A DNA stretch of 62,578 nt, the filler included, from Hausera hauseri (taxonomy: Eukaryota), in assembly GCA_046269625.1 (NCBI GenBank). It is 11 parts of 11 records of this genome, joined end to end, with 100 filler letters (N's around TTAATTAATTAA, not from the genome) between each part and the next. Parts side by side here need not be neighbours in the genome. Positions count along the whole stretch, not along the records: positions 31,260 to 36,189 come from JBJURY010388813.1; positions 36,290 to 44,210 come from JBJURY010874292.1; positions 44,311 to 49,068 come from JBJURY010447579.1; 8 more parts are not named here. The stretch is one strand, 5' to 3'. The notes beneath the pieces are model-generated. The model searched no databases, was not told where the DNA came from, and was given only the letters and a program-made list of their open reading frames with translations. Every line of letters begins with the position of its first letter. Positions within the stretch are counted from its first letter, which is position 1. This document shows positions 35,309 through 46,825 of the stretch, piece by piece. A program made the position numbers and the translations under genes.

Positions 35309-35586
35309 TTGCGTAATTTGATAAAAATTCATTTCATTTTACACATTAAATTTGCTTATCCTGTTCTTTAAGTCTTGACTCGATTTTTTTACCACACGAC
35401 TTGTTCAGACTGCAATGTGGATGTTTTATCTTCAACGAAATCTTTGATATATTCTACAGTATCAGACTCCGTGGACAGTTGTCAGATTTCTCCAAATAAA
35501 CTTGACGAAACGTCGCAAAATATTTTAAAGAGTGAAATTTTTCAAAATTTTTTGCTGGCATCTGAAATGGCATTTATCGAAGAAAA

Positions 35587-35815
35587 ATTGGATAACATTG
35601 TGTTGATATGTTGTACATTCTTCATAATATTTGGCATCCTGGGAGTTCAACTATTTAAAGGAAAATTTTATTATTGTGAAGGTGAAAATATTCAACATGT
35701 ACTAACAAAAAATGATTGTCAAAAGAATCCATTAAATTCGTGGAAAAATCAGCAGTATAATTTTGACAACCTTGGTCAGGCTCTTATGGCTTTGTTTGTG
35801 CTTTCATCAAAAGAT
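35587..35815 (+). pseudogene. Isolated fragment of a T-type (Cav3) calcium channel alpha1 subunit, repeat III S5 to P-loop
   Basis: [28 protein letters not shown]...[20 protein letters not shown]; homology ends at the selectivity-filter Asp with no GT donor, and there is a 1-nt frameshift at the start. Confidence 0.8.
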
Positions 35816-36290
35816 CATGTTCTCTTGTTCTGTTTAATGAAATGTTAAATGCATCATCCTCGTTGCTCATTGGACATAGCCCATAGGTGTCGTTCCGATT
35901 TCCAAGCCAACTGCTAAAAACTCAGTCACCTAGTAACCGTGAAAAGTGTTGCCTATTTACCACTAGGATTTTGCGTGGTCATCGGTTTTTCAGTCAAATA
36001 CCAATGCCAAAGTGATGCGCATCTTCTTAATCATAAAGGATTATCTTCTCATTCCTACCAATCCTATGATGAAGGATGTGGTCTTTTGTGTATGTGCCAA
36101 TCAGGTTTTGATAAGACGTATTGGCATCGCCAACTATTTTATGTTTCCTCTGTTTTAAACAAAAAAATGAATATGGCCTTCCCCCCGGANNNNNNNNNNN
36201 NNNNNNNNNNNNNNNNNNNNNNNNNNNNNNNNNTTAATTAATTAANNNNNNNNNNNNNNNNNNNNNNNNNNNNNNNNNNNNNNNNNNNNT

Positions 36291-36509
36291 TTGGAAATAT
36301 TGTACAAGATTTGGGGAAGATTTATAATTTTCGGATAAGCCGCATCTGGATTTCTAACTATTTCCTTTCTAGTCCAGTTAATTAAAGCCGTAATCCAAGC
36401 TATTATAAGCGGATATGGGATCTTCACATTGACAGGATTCTCTTGTAAAATTTTGACTCCGATCATTACACCCTTTGGGAAGACACTTAAGGCCCTAGAT
36501 TTTGTATAA
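36291..36509 (+). pseudogene. C-terminal membrane region of a chuvirus-like glycoprotein
   Basis: Frame from 36291: LEILYKIWGRFIIFG*AASGFLTISFLVQLIKAVIQAIISGYGIFTLTGFSCKILTPIITPFGKTL, matching the W..F..FG...SG......IK..I..II.GY.L....G.S..LL pattern; not in the ORF track. Confidence 0.65.
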
Positions 36510-36989
36510 ACGCAAAAACAAGAAAATAGTAACTTGGAGAGACGATTCAGACGATGACGACCCTAAGGAGGAGAAGTAAGTTCCAGAGGTAAGATGCACA
36601 AGATGTATTCAAAGGTTAACGCACCATTACCTATAATCCCACCAACCACACCAATATTTGAAGATTGTGATCGTAAATCGATAGTATCATGTAACTCCGA
36701 AATATACCAAAAGCCTATTAATTATGAAGATCCTTACGAAAGAACAAAACATTATGGAGTACTAAGGAAATGAATGTTATTAATCAAGAACTTACAAAAA
36801 AACAATCAAGGGATAATATATTCGAAAAGGGTACCTCGTAACATAAAATCCAAGTCAACTATTTGGGAGAACCCGAAACTGTGTTCCATCTCAGGTATGC
36901 TGCCGCAAAAACCACTCATTGACAATTACATTAATGAAATAGCGAGCAATAATTTGTACCCGAACGTAGAATTAAGGCAAGTAAAGGTG

Positions 36990-39900
36990 AATATCATGTT
37001 ATCGCCAAAAATAACAATAAACGGACACGGAGTCTCTACTATAAAGCCGTCGAAGATAGCGTCAGATTGTGTCGGAACAGTAGTAGTAGGGAGACCTTTT
37101 GCTAAAACACACATTGAAGATTGGGACGTATATGCCTTAATCGACATAGGATCAGAAAAATCATTTATAAAATATGAATCTATACAAACCACATTGCGTG
37201 ACCAGTTATGCCTACCCGCATCATCGAACCCAGATAGTGTAGGAACATTCGTACATATATCGAAGCCAAAATTCAAATGGACTCCTACCATTTATATGAT
37301 TGGTGAAGCAATTCAACACGAATTTGCCATAATTGACCAGTTAACAGACGATGTAGTACAGGATTGCGACGTATTAAAGAAGATACCAGGTCTAGCAATC
37401 GATGTGCATAACGGAAAACTAATTGAGCTCAAAACATTAAAAGGGACAAAGGTAATAAAGGAGAGGAAATCGGGCGAAGTATGGATTTCGGTAGATAAAG
37501 ACATTCCGCCCAGAACCGAAATGGTAATTTTCGCACAAATTCGTCAGGACGAAGATCTGCCAGTATACTTCGAGGCTCAAGGGAATATAGATCCAAACTT
37601 TATGTTTAGCAATATTCTATGTAGAGTAGTGACGGGACGAATACCTATTAGATTAATGAACAATGACCAACGATAGTGAGATTGCACAATAACACTACGT
37701 TAGATCACACTTGCAGAGTATCTGCAATAACAATCGAAGAAAAATCATACAAATGCGCTGAGTTTCCACCTCACGTCGAAGCCAAATTTTCTTTTGAGGC
37801 ATATTGCAAGTTCTATGAATTATTATTCAAATACAGTTAATAATTGCACAAAATGAGGAAGACATAGGTAGAGCAAAGGCCCTGAGATTAACAATCCCGT
37901 TAAGAAAAAAACATGGCTCGAATGACGAAATTGATCTAGAACAGAAAATGCCTAAGTGGTACCCACCTCGTCATTCATTGAGACCAGAGATAACTAAAGA
38001 GGTAGAGCGAATGTTAAAGCCCATATAATTTGATCAAGATATCGATCATGGTACTGACCAATACTTATGGTTAAAAAGAAAGGAACTACGAAACACATAT
38101 TTTGTATCGATTACAGGGCATTAAATACGCTTATGATAAAAGACTCGTTCCCATTACCATCGGTAAAAGAAGCATTAGACAGATTATCAGGAGCGAAATG
38201 GTTCACCACTCTCGACTTACAATCGGGATACTGGCAAGTGGAAATCAAGAAAGAAGACCGATTTAAGGCAGCATTCAAAACACACGATGATGTATACGAA
38301 TTTAATATTATGCCCTTTGGAATTACCACAGGACAACCTATTTTTACAATAATGATGAACAAGATGTTTATGGGACTCGATCATGCATTCGCGTACTTAG
38401 ATGACGTGATGATAGCGTCAAAAACAGAGAAAGAACACTTAAAGTACATCGAGGATACACTCATGCGACTGTAACAAGCAGTATTGAAATTAAGTCCAAA
38501 TAAATGTAAATGGGCACAAAATACAGTGTCATACCTCGGACACAAAGTCGGAGAAGGAGAATCAAAACCTTATAAATCCCTGTTAAATAAAATATCTGAT
38601 TGTATCGAACCCCAGAACCAAAAAGAGTTAAAACACTGGCTATGTGGGTATTATGCTACTTACGTGCCGGACAACTCAAAAATTAATGCACCACTATATC
38701 GCCTACTCAAAAAAAGGACTAAATGGAGATGACCGGAAATAGAGCCAAAAGCATTTGATAAAATGAAGAAAATTTTGACAAGCAAACAAATTCTGAGATA
38801 CCCTGATGTAGCTTACCATTCATCATTAAAACAGACGTAAGTAAGGAAGGTATAGGATATGAACTAGCTCAAAAACGAGAAGACGAAGAACTAGAACACT
38901 CAATAGCTTATGGGGACGTTCGCTGAAGAAAGCAGAAAAATTATTCACTTACCGAACTAGAAACGTTAGCCGTAAAGAAAGAACTACGAAACTTTAATGT
39001 CTATGTCTATGGACAAAATATTATAATATTGACCGACTACAAAGCAATTACGACATTGAAAGGAGGAGCTAATAACCCAACATACAGATTAAACCGTTGG
39101 ATCGAGAAAATCTCACAATATAACATCGAATTCCAATACAAACCAGGCAACAAACAAGTCGACGCCGACGCAATATCAAGGTTAATGACGAAAACAAGTG
39201 GGATTACTACAGTGAAGAAAACGCAACTTGAACAATTAATTGAACGTCAAGGAACCTTAACCTTGGATAAAACGATTAGGATCACTGCAGAGCAAGCTAA
39301 AGATAAGGTTATCCAGCAGATTGTCGACTTCGCACAGAACGATAAAATGCCCCAACGAAGACAACTGAAGAAGCATCTACAAAAACACGGACATAAATAT
39401 CGCGCATCGAACCAAGATAACATCCTATATTACGAACAAAAAGGTAGAAGACTAATAGTTATTCCAAAAGGATTACGCGTCGACGTACTTACGGCTGAAC
39501 ACGATTCATATTTAGCTGTACATACGTCTTGGAAAAAGACTTTGCAAATGATATTAAATAAATACTATTGGCCAAGCATTTATATTGATGTAAAAAATTG
39601 GATAAGTGCTTACGAAGTTTTTGCGACAACGCTAAAGAAAACGAAAGGCTACGCAGCAGAATTAAAGCCCATAAACGTACCAAACAGGTCCATGCAAGCT
39701 ATGTCTATTGAATATAGTTGGATCTTTGCCTAAAACTTATCGAAATAACATGTATATTCTGCCATGCGTAGATCGGTAAACGCATTTTGTCGAATTGATG
39801 GCACTATTATATCAAAAGACGGAAACTTTAGACGACGCAGTGGTAAGAAAAATCATTTGCAGATACGGACCACCAGAACAAGTCTTAATGGATAGAGGAA

Positions 39901-40574
39901 GGAATTTCACAAGCGAATTATTTAAAAAGATTACCAAAATATTCGAAATCGAACGCTTAATTACTACCGCGTACTACCCACAATGTAATGGAATGGTCGA
40001 ACGAATGAACGCAATAGTCATTCGCATACTATCAACAGTAGTAGCCAAGGATCAAAAGGATTGAGGCGAATTCTTAGAAGGGCCACACTTCGCCATTAAT
40101 ACGACCCCACATCCAGCAACCAGATTTACACCGTTCTTTATGATGTATGGACGAGAAGCAATATTACCTACAGATCTAGGTATGACACCATACGTAAAGT
40201 ACCTCGAGGATCTAGAGCAAAACTTTGCCGAAGTCTTATAGACAAAATCGCAAAAAGTGTTGGGAAGTCGCAAAAACACTGTCACTCGAATACCAGGAAC
40301 AATTTAAAAAACAATATGATAAAAAGACTAAGTCCCACGATTTGGGAAAAGGAAACTGGGTTTATATACATTACCCAGTCGCAAAGAAAGGTACATCCTT
40401 GAAATTAACTCGTACCGGAAGAGGACCATATGAAATCGTCCTCACAATGCCAACCACGGTCTATATTAAGAAAACGGTAAAGAGGAAGTTGTATCAATCC
40501 AAAGAGTAGTTAAGACAGATATAAGACCAGACAAACGCTACAATTTAAGACAGCGAGAAGCCAAGACATCGTAA
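36990..40574 (+). pseudogene. Gypsy pol: aspartic protease, RT, RNase H, integrase
   Basis: ALIDIGSEKSFI; CIDYRALN, LDLQSGYWQV, MPFGI, YLDDV; KTDVSKEGIG, TDYKA, DADAISR; HDSYLAVH, MDRGRNF, YYPQCNGMVER, GPY, RYNLR. Confidence 0.93.
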
Positions 40575-42000
40575 ATTGTCACCAAACCGGTATCTTACGC
40601 ACAGATAATAGTACCCTTATCGCTGATTGCTGTTCTAACACCCAAGTCTAACGTCCAATGGTGGGTCGACGAAACTTCGTTGAGCAATATATATGGAATT
40701 CGGAAAACAGGATTAAAATCTTTGCCACCAAAGGATTGAACTTCCGAACGCAAAGCAGAACAAAAGGATAAAAAATTCTCACGATAGATAAAATTAGATT
40801 ATTCTTCGCCAGAAATCCCATATGTCGGGTTTAGGATACCAGGACCATAAAAAGGCACATTCAAATAATATTCCACGACCTATTAAGCCGATTTGAGTCT
40901 GATTGTAACTTCGAACCAGAAGACGATCCAATTTGCTTTAACGTAAAATATGGACACTCTTACGCTCTCAGTTATCGTTTATATCTGTTGAACTGCAATG
41001 AAATACGCGCCGAAATAAAATTGAATTTACATCTAGTTATACCACGAACTTATGGAGACTACCTTAATATAGAGTTGGAAGAGATGCTCCAGTCTATCGA
41101 CCCATTAAAACGGATTCTAGAAGAAAATATAGCTAGTATAACGGAAAACCCAAAGGATTGCTGTATCCAAATAAACACAAAGGGGCGGCTAATTATAGGA
41201 CAAGTAATCACGGTTAAATTCATAAAAGAGGACGAAGCAGCTCATAGACTACAATATTGTCAGATTGACACCGAAAGACCGAATAATAAATATAGAATTC
41301 GACTAGATTTGTATGATGTTCGAACAAGCCAACCAAGGGTCTTCTTAGGAAGTTACCAATTGGGAAATCTAATTCAAGGAGCTCTGCCTCAAATAACGAC
41401 CAGTAGAATTACGACTACAAAATTGAATGTAACTATTTCATTTTTCATCAAATTCCTCCAGACAAGTGGATTACCTCAGAGGAATATAGAAATCATTCCT
41501 ATAAAATATTGGATACAACAACATGAGATAACGTTCATTGTGGAAGAAGCACTTAGTTAGGACGTAGAAATTAGCTGCCGAACATTACACAATAACCAGA
41601 AAGTCACAGTGACCAGAGGTAGCTATCGAATCAAATGTACCGGTTTGAAACCAAAAGCAGACTACATAATACAAATGAGCGCAGAGAACAAACAAAGTAG
41701 AACGTTTACGGTACGGACCCTAAACGAGCTTGCCTTAACGAAACCACTAATTAGTGAGAAAACGGCAGACAAAATTACGGCTACCGTTAAAACGAAAAAT
41801 TTAGCTCGACAGACAACTTTGTCATTAATATCGATTATTGGAACGTCAACATTTGCTCTTATAATTTTGATTGCGTTTTGTCGACTTATTACCAAAAATT
41901 TCTATAATAAGCGTCATAAAATCACTGAGAGTGAATTAAGGGTGATGGTACCACAGAAGGAAATCAATGATGTAGTAACCAAACAATTGCAGGTTGGGTT
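40575..42000 (+). pseudogene. Type I membrane protein relic: signal-like segment, ectodomain with fibronectin-III-like module, transmembrane helix
   Basis: IIVPLSLIAVL right after the integrase; CTGLKPKADYIIQMSAENK fits the FN3 L.P...Y...V.A.N signature; TM LSLISIIGTSTFALIILIAFC followed by basic residues. Confidence 0.6.
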
Positions 42001-42590
42001 ATTCCACCATCTAACAAAGAATTGGTTCAAATTTAGAACAATATTTTGTTATTGGATTGACCCTTATTTTTTATTTTTCAGAATGGTAAGTGTGGATAGC
42101 TGAATTAGCATCGACAAATATTTATGGGAATAGGCCACAGTATTTATCCCGAATTCAAAGTCTATTTACAGGCGTATAAACGACGCATTACAAACCAAGG
42201 TCTATATCGAAATCTTAAGAACCAGTGAAATACCGAATGATCTTAAAGGCATTACAGAGGAGAGTCGTGAAGTCTATCTTTATGCAATGCGTGAAAATAA
42301 CCAAGCAAAAGTGTATTCTTTAAAAGAATTAATCCGGAATCGACCCTGTAAAATACAAGATATATACATTCACTTAGCCGATGGAGAATTGTATTACAGA
42401 ATAACAGAACAACCTTGGAACTCTAGTGAAGAGCATTAATACCAATTTAGTACATTTAGAATAAATTGAAGGGGCTTAGAAATATCGACTATGGTTTTGA
42501 ATTCCAAGTAGCGGTCCTTCCTCTTAAGCTTATGTTCGAAGTGACCTACAGAGAAAACTGCAACTTAGGCTTGCTAGTTCTACAGTTTGA

Positions 42591-43158
42591 ACAAACTCCA
42601 ACAGAGGTAGAAAGGACGAACATTGTCAGTCGTATAGGTTATTCCAAGACGGTCGCAACATAAGAATTATAGCCATAAACAGTGGCAGAGGAGATGATGG
42701 ATATGGAACACCCATCGAAATATCTATTAGAGAAAGAGATGGGACTGAAATATATTCTACCGTCATAAACCCCCGGAAACATGTCCAAGAGTCGTACGCA
42801 GAGGTAACTGGTTTAAGAAGAGATCAGCTCATAAGAGGAAAGGATATCCAGATAATTCGTTTAGAGTTGGACCATTGTCTTTATGGCTGTATGTTAGCAG
42901 GTTATAATGTACAACGAGATTGAGCTATTAGGAATATCCGATGCAAATATTGCCGGACTTAGGGAAATAGCCACTCACCCAATAGTCCAAGAACGAATGG
43001 AGAAAGCCGTACAAGAAAGAAATCGACCAACCGCGACAGAAGCTTTCTTTAAACTAATGGTCGAAGCCATGAGCAATGATTCACATAGAATTCCAAGACT
43101 CCTAACGGGCAGTCAACGTTCCAAATATCTGCAAGAAATTTACAAGTCATTAAAATGA
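42591..43158 (+). pseudogene. DEDDh-family 3'-5' exonuclease relic (REX4/ISG20-like)
   Basis: Frame 42591-42923: IRIIAINSG...EISIRERDGTEIYSTVINPRKHVQESYAEVTGLRRDQLIRG...LYGCMLAGYNVQRD, then a frameshift to ELLGI..LREIA; fits the vSiv...G..lyd..v.P...v......vsGi....L...l.g..lvGh....D pattern; the ExoI acidic residues appear mutated. Confidence 0.7.
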
Positions 43159-44079
43159 GAACATGAATGGGCCCCGAGAAACCCCACACATAATTTACGT
43201 AGTTCCCTGGAACCCGAAAACAGACGTCAAATACAGAAAGAATATAAAACCATATTCCCCAATCAGAATCGTTCAACCGACAGACGACCATAGCCTTACA
43301 ATTGCTGTGCAACAAAAGACAGAAAACAAGATAAAATTACCAGAAATCAAAAAGGAAGACAAAATACCCACTAGAACGCCGATATTCCTAGGACAGCGAA
43401 AAAAAGAATCGAAGCCAGAAACAATAGTGAAGCGGCAAAAATTGGAAGAAGAGACTCAGCCAAAGAAAGCCCCATCTATCTATAACTATTTATTAAAAAA
43501 GGAAAAGAAGAAAATCAAAAGGACAAAAACCAACCAGTGGTACCAATCACCTCTCAAAAGGCTAAATTCGTAAAGAAAATTGGTAAATCTATGATAACCG
43601 AAATCAATGTTCTATTGGAAAAGAATACCGAAGAAAATGTCCACCGCAAAACGACTCGGAATTATCCAAGAATTCTGATAACTACCGAATACTGTAGCAA
43701 AGAAATGATTAAAGAAGCCATGTTTTTTATCAAAATTGCACCAGCCAGAGAAGTATTCGAGAATATATATGTGTGGGAAAACCCTAAGTTAGGGTAGTAT
43801 CGCACTTCAGTTTTCCGCTCAAAGAAGACAGGAAAATTAATAGTTCAAGTAGATAAGCAGATCCGGATACTATTGAAGAAGCAATACCAAAAATATCAAA
43901 TAGAAGTAAAAGTTTCCGATTTAGATCCAGATCTTATGGCGGACTGGACATTAATACAAGTAAATTGTGACCCCCGGAAAAGTTCCATTAACCCCAAACA
44001 AAAGGTAATAGATGGATACCTGTACCAAGACGGAGATGGTCTTGTGTTTGAGCCGATTGAATTAACAATTTAGGTAGAT

Positions 44080-44210
44080 TTGGATAGAGACTGTTGGGAC
44101 AAAGAAGATAATGAATGCCCTGTGTGCGATGCCAATATAAAGAAAGGTTATGTGGTATTAGATAATAACGTTTTCCGACACAAATACTGCCGAGATTGTC
44201 TGGAGAAGTG
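44080..44210 (+). CDS. RING-like zinc finger, truncated by the gap
   Basis: CPVC-x16-HKYCRDC; the Cys normally found two residues before the His is absent. Confidence 0.5.
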
Positions 44211-44310
44211 NNNNNNNNNNNNNNNNNNNNNNNNNNNNNNNNNNNNNNNNNNNNTTAATTAATTAANNNNNNNNNNNNNNNNNNNNNNNNNNNNNNNNNN
44301 NNNNNNNNNN

Positions 44311-45590
44311 TATGATGCATCTTATTGCTGTTTCTCTATTGTGCGATACATTTTCTTGGAACTTGTGTATTATGCCACACGTTTTATTGGTACGTGTGTG
44401 TTATGTGATAGATTTTATTGGTACTTGTGTATTATGTGATACGTCTTATTTATACATGTGTATTATGTGATAAATCTTATTGCTTCTTATGTATTGTGCA
44501 ATACAATTTATTGGTACTTGTGAATTATGTATAACATCTTATTGAACTTGTGTTTTATGTGATACATCTTATTGCTACTTGTGTATTGTGCGATCCATTT
44601 TATTGGAACTTGTGTATTATAGGATACATCTTATAGGTACTTTTGTATTATGTGAAACATCTTATTGCCACTTGTGTATTGTGCGATAAATTTTATTGGT
44701 TCGTGTTTGTTTTGCGACACTTTTTACTGGTACTTGTGTTTTGTGTGATACGGCTTATAGGTACTTGTGTTTTATGTGATTCATCTTATTGGTACTTGTT
44801 TATTGTATGATACATCTTATTAGTGCTTTTGTGTTATGTTATACATATTATTGCTACTTGAGTATTGTGCGATACATTTTATTGGTACTTGTTTTCATGC
44901 GATACATCTTATAGGTGCTTGTGTACTATGTGTACATCTCACTGGTACTTGTGTATTATATGATACATGTTATTAGTACTTACATCTTATTGGTACATCT
45001 TATTAGTACATCTTATTGGTACTTTTGTATTATGCTATACATTTCCTTGGAACTTGTGTGTTATGCGATGCATTTTATTGGTTGGTGTATTATGTGATGC
45101 AGCTTATTGCTACTTGTGCATTGTGCAATACATTTTCTTGGAACTTGTGTATTATGCGATACATCTTATTGGTAAGTGTGTGTTATGTGGTACATCTTAC
45201 CAGTACTTGTGTAATATGCGATACATCTTATAGGTACCTGTGTTTTATGTGATTCTTCCCACTGGTGCTTGTGTATTATATGATACATGTTATTAATACT
45301 TGTGTATTGTCATACGTTTTATTGGTACTTGTGTATTATGCTATACATTTTCTTGGAACTTGTGTATTATGCGATACATCGTATTGGTACGTGTGTGTTA
45401 TGTGATACATCTTATTGCCACTTGTGTATTGTGCGATACATTTTATTGGTACGTGTTTGTTTTGCGATACGTCTTATTGGTACTTGTGTTTTATGTGATT
45501 CATCTTATTGGTACTTGTGTATTATGTGATACATCTTATTGGTATTTGTGTACTATGTGATACATCTTATTGGTACTTGTGTATTATGTG
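44311..45590 (+). repeat. 31-bp minisatellite (GGTACTTGTGTATTATGTGATACATCTTATT), about 40 diverged units
   Basis: Head-to-tail tandem units with no unique spacers. Confidence 0.95.
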
Positions 45591-46019
45591 GTTTGCACAA
45601 ATGATAATGACGATGTATGAAACGTTTGAATTTCAATTCCGTCAAATTATACACAACGAGAATCAAAGAGATTAGGTGCAATGATGAAAAGTACTTTTGT
45701 TTAATAATATATATCGGGCGATTCATTAAAAGTGTCGATTTGTGAATTCAGCCTTGCCATCTTATAACTATATTGAATAAAACTTTGAAACCATCGTTGT
45801 TGGAGTTATTTTTAGTCCTATGATTCGAATTTAATAGTGGATTTTGTCAGAATGATTGTATTTTACTATTCATGGCGATACTACTTTGCTACAACATTCC
45901 AAAAGTTCCCTTACGGATAATTGATTATAATGTTGGGAGGTGTGAGGTTGTGTTTAGGGGAAGACCGGCTCTCTTAACAACTGCCGGTACCACAACTATA
46001 TTATGCAAACTTAAATCAA

Positions 46020-46680
46020 CTCAGAAAAAAATAATAATACATTTTGCAAAATTACATTCCTGATGTTAAATTAATTTTTACATCAACGAAAATAATAGAT
46101 TACTTTTCAGATAAATGTCGCACTCTCCAAGTTTTAAAATTAGATTTGGTTTATGAACTTAAATATCATGGATGCGATAATTCATAGATTGGAGAGACAA
46201 ATCGTCAAGTCTGGAGTAGAATGTTAGAACATGTGCAACAGGGAAGAAATTGGTCCATAAATGGGCATATTTCGAAATGTGTTTACCCCAATAAAAAATG
46301 GATGAGAGAATTCAAAATTTTAAATTCTAATTTTAATAATTATTTTGAAAGAGTGACATGTGAAGCGTAGAGAATACAGGATTTAAAGCCTAGTTTGAAT
46401 GTCCAAGCGGAAGATTCGGGCTTGCTTCAGATTATTTATTCTTAATTTACAAGTTTAGCGTTTTTTGTGCATATTAAATAACACTCTCTTCACATATTTA
46501 AGGTTGCGGTTTCATGTCACTTTCAGTATATTATCTGATTGTGGCCCTTGAAATCGAAATATGTCATAAAGGGAATAAACAATTTGAACCGAGTTCAACA
46601 TTTTTAAATATATTTATTTACTTCGAAATATCAGTACTTCGAAAACCCTGAAAGCCGTATCTACCGAAACGTCGATCAGA
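46020..46680 (+). mobile_element. Penelope-like element 3' end (GIY-YIG endonuclease relic and 3' region)
   Basis: LVYELKYHGCDNS*IGETNRQVWSRMLEH...H...C...FKIL...R...EA..IQDLKPSLN. Confidence 0.8.
46531..46570 (+). ncRNA. Mutated minimal type-I hammerhead ribozyme-like motif
   Basis: TTAT-CTGATTG-N14-GAAA-TATG-TC-ATAA: stem I TTAT/ATAA, core deviates from CTGANGA; located where Penelope-like elements carry hammerheads. Confidence 0.4.
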
Positions 46681-46825
46681 AATACATTTTTTGCAGTATC
46701 GGTCTTGTTTAAAAATTATGTTGCTCAGAGAAAATTTCTAAATGTTACTGAATCGTTTTTTAAACCCACTTAAAATTTTCATGGGAATTATTTATGAGAA
46801 TCAGAGTTATTTGTTTGACATTATA

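Larger units (their letters stand above)
36290..44210 (+). mobile_element. Large decayed Gypsy-type retroelement with multiple accessory ORFs (both ends beyond the contig)
   Basis: PR-RT-RH-INT at ~36990-40574, flanked by same-strand, similarly A-rich coding relics. Confidence 0.8.

Noticed and set aside
44915-45560. Hydrophobic Cys/Tyr-rich ORFs
   Set aside because: Translations of the 31-bp minisatellite
45940-46000. tRNA/SINE-like hairpin
   Set aside because: No B box or cloverleaf could be built
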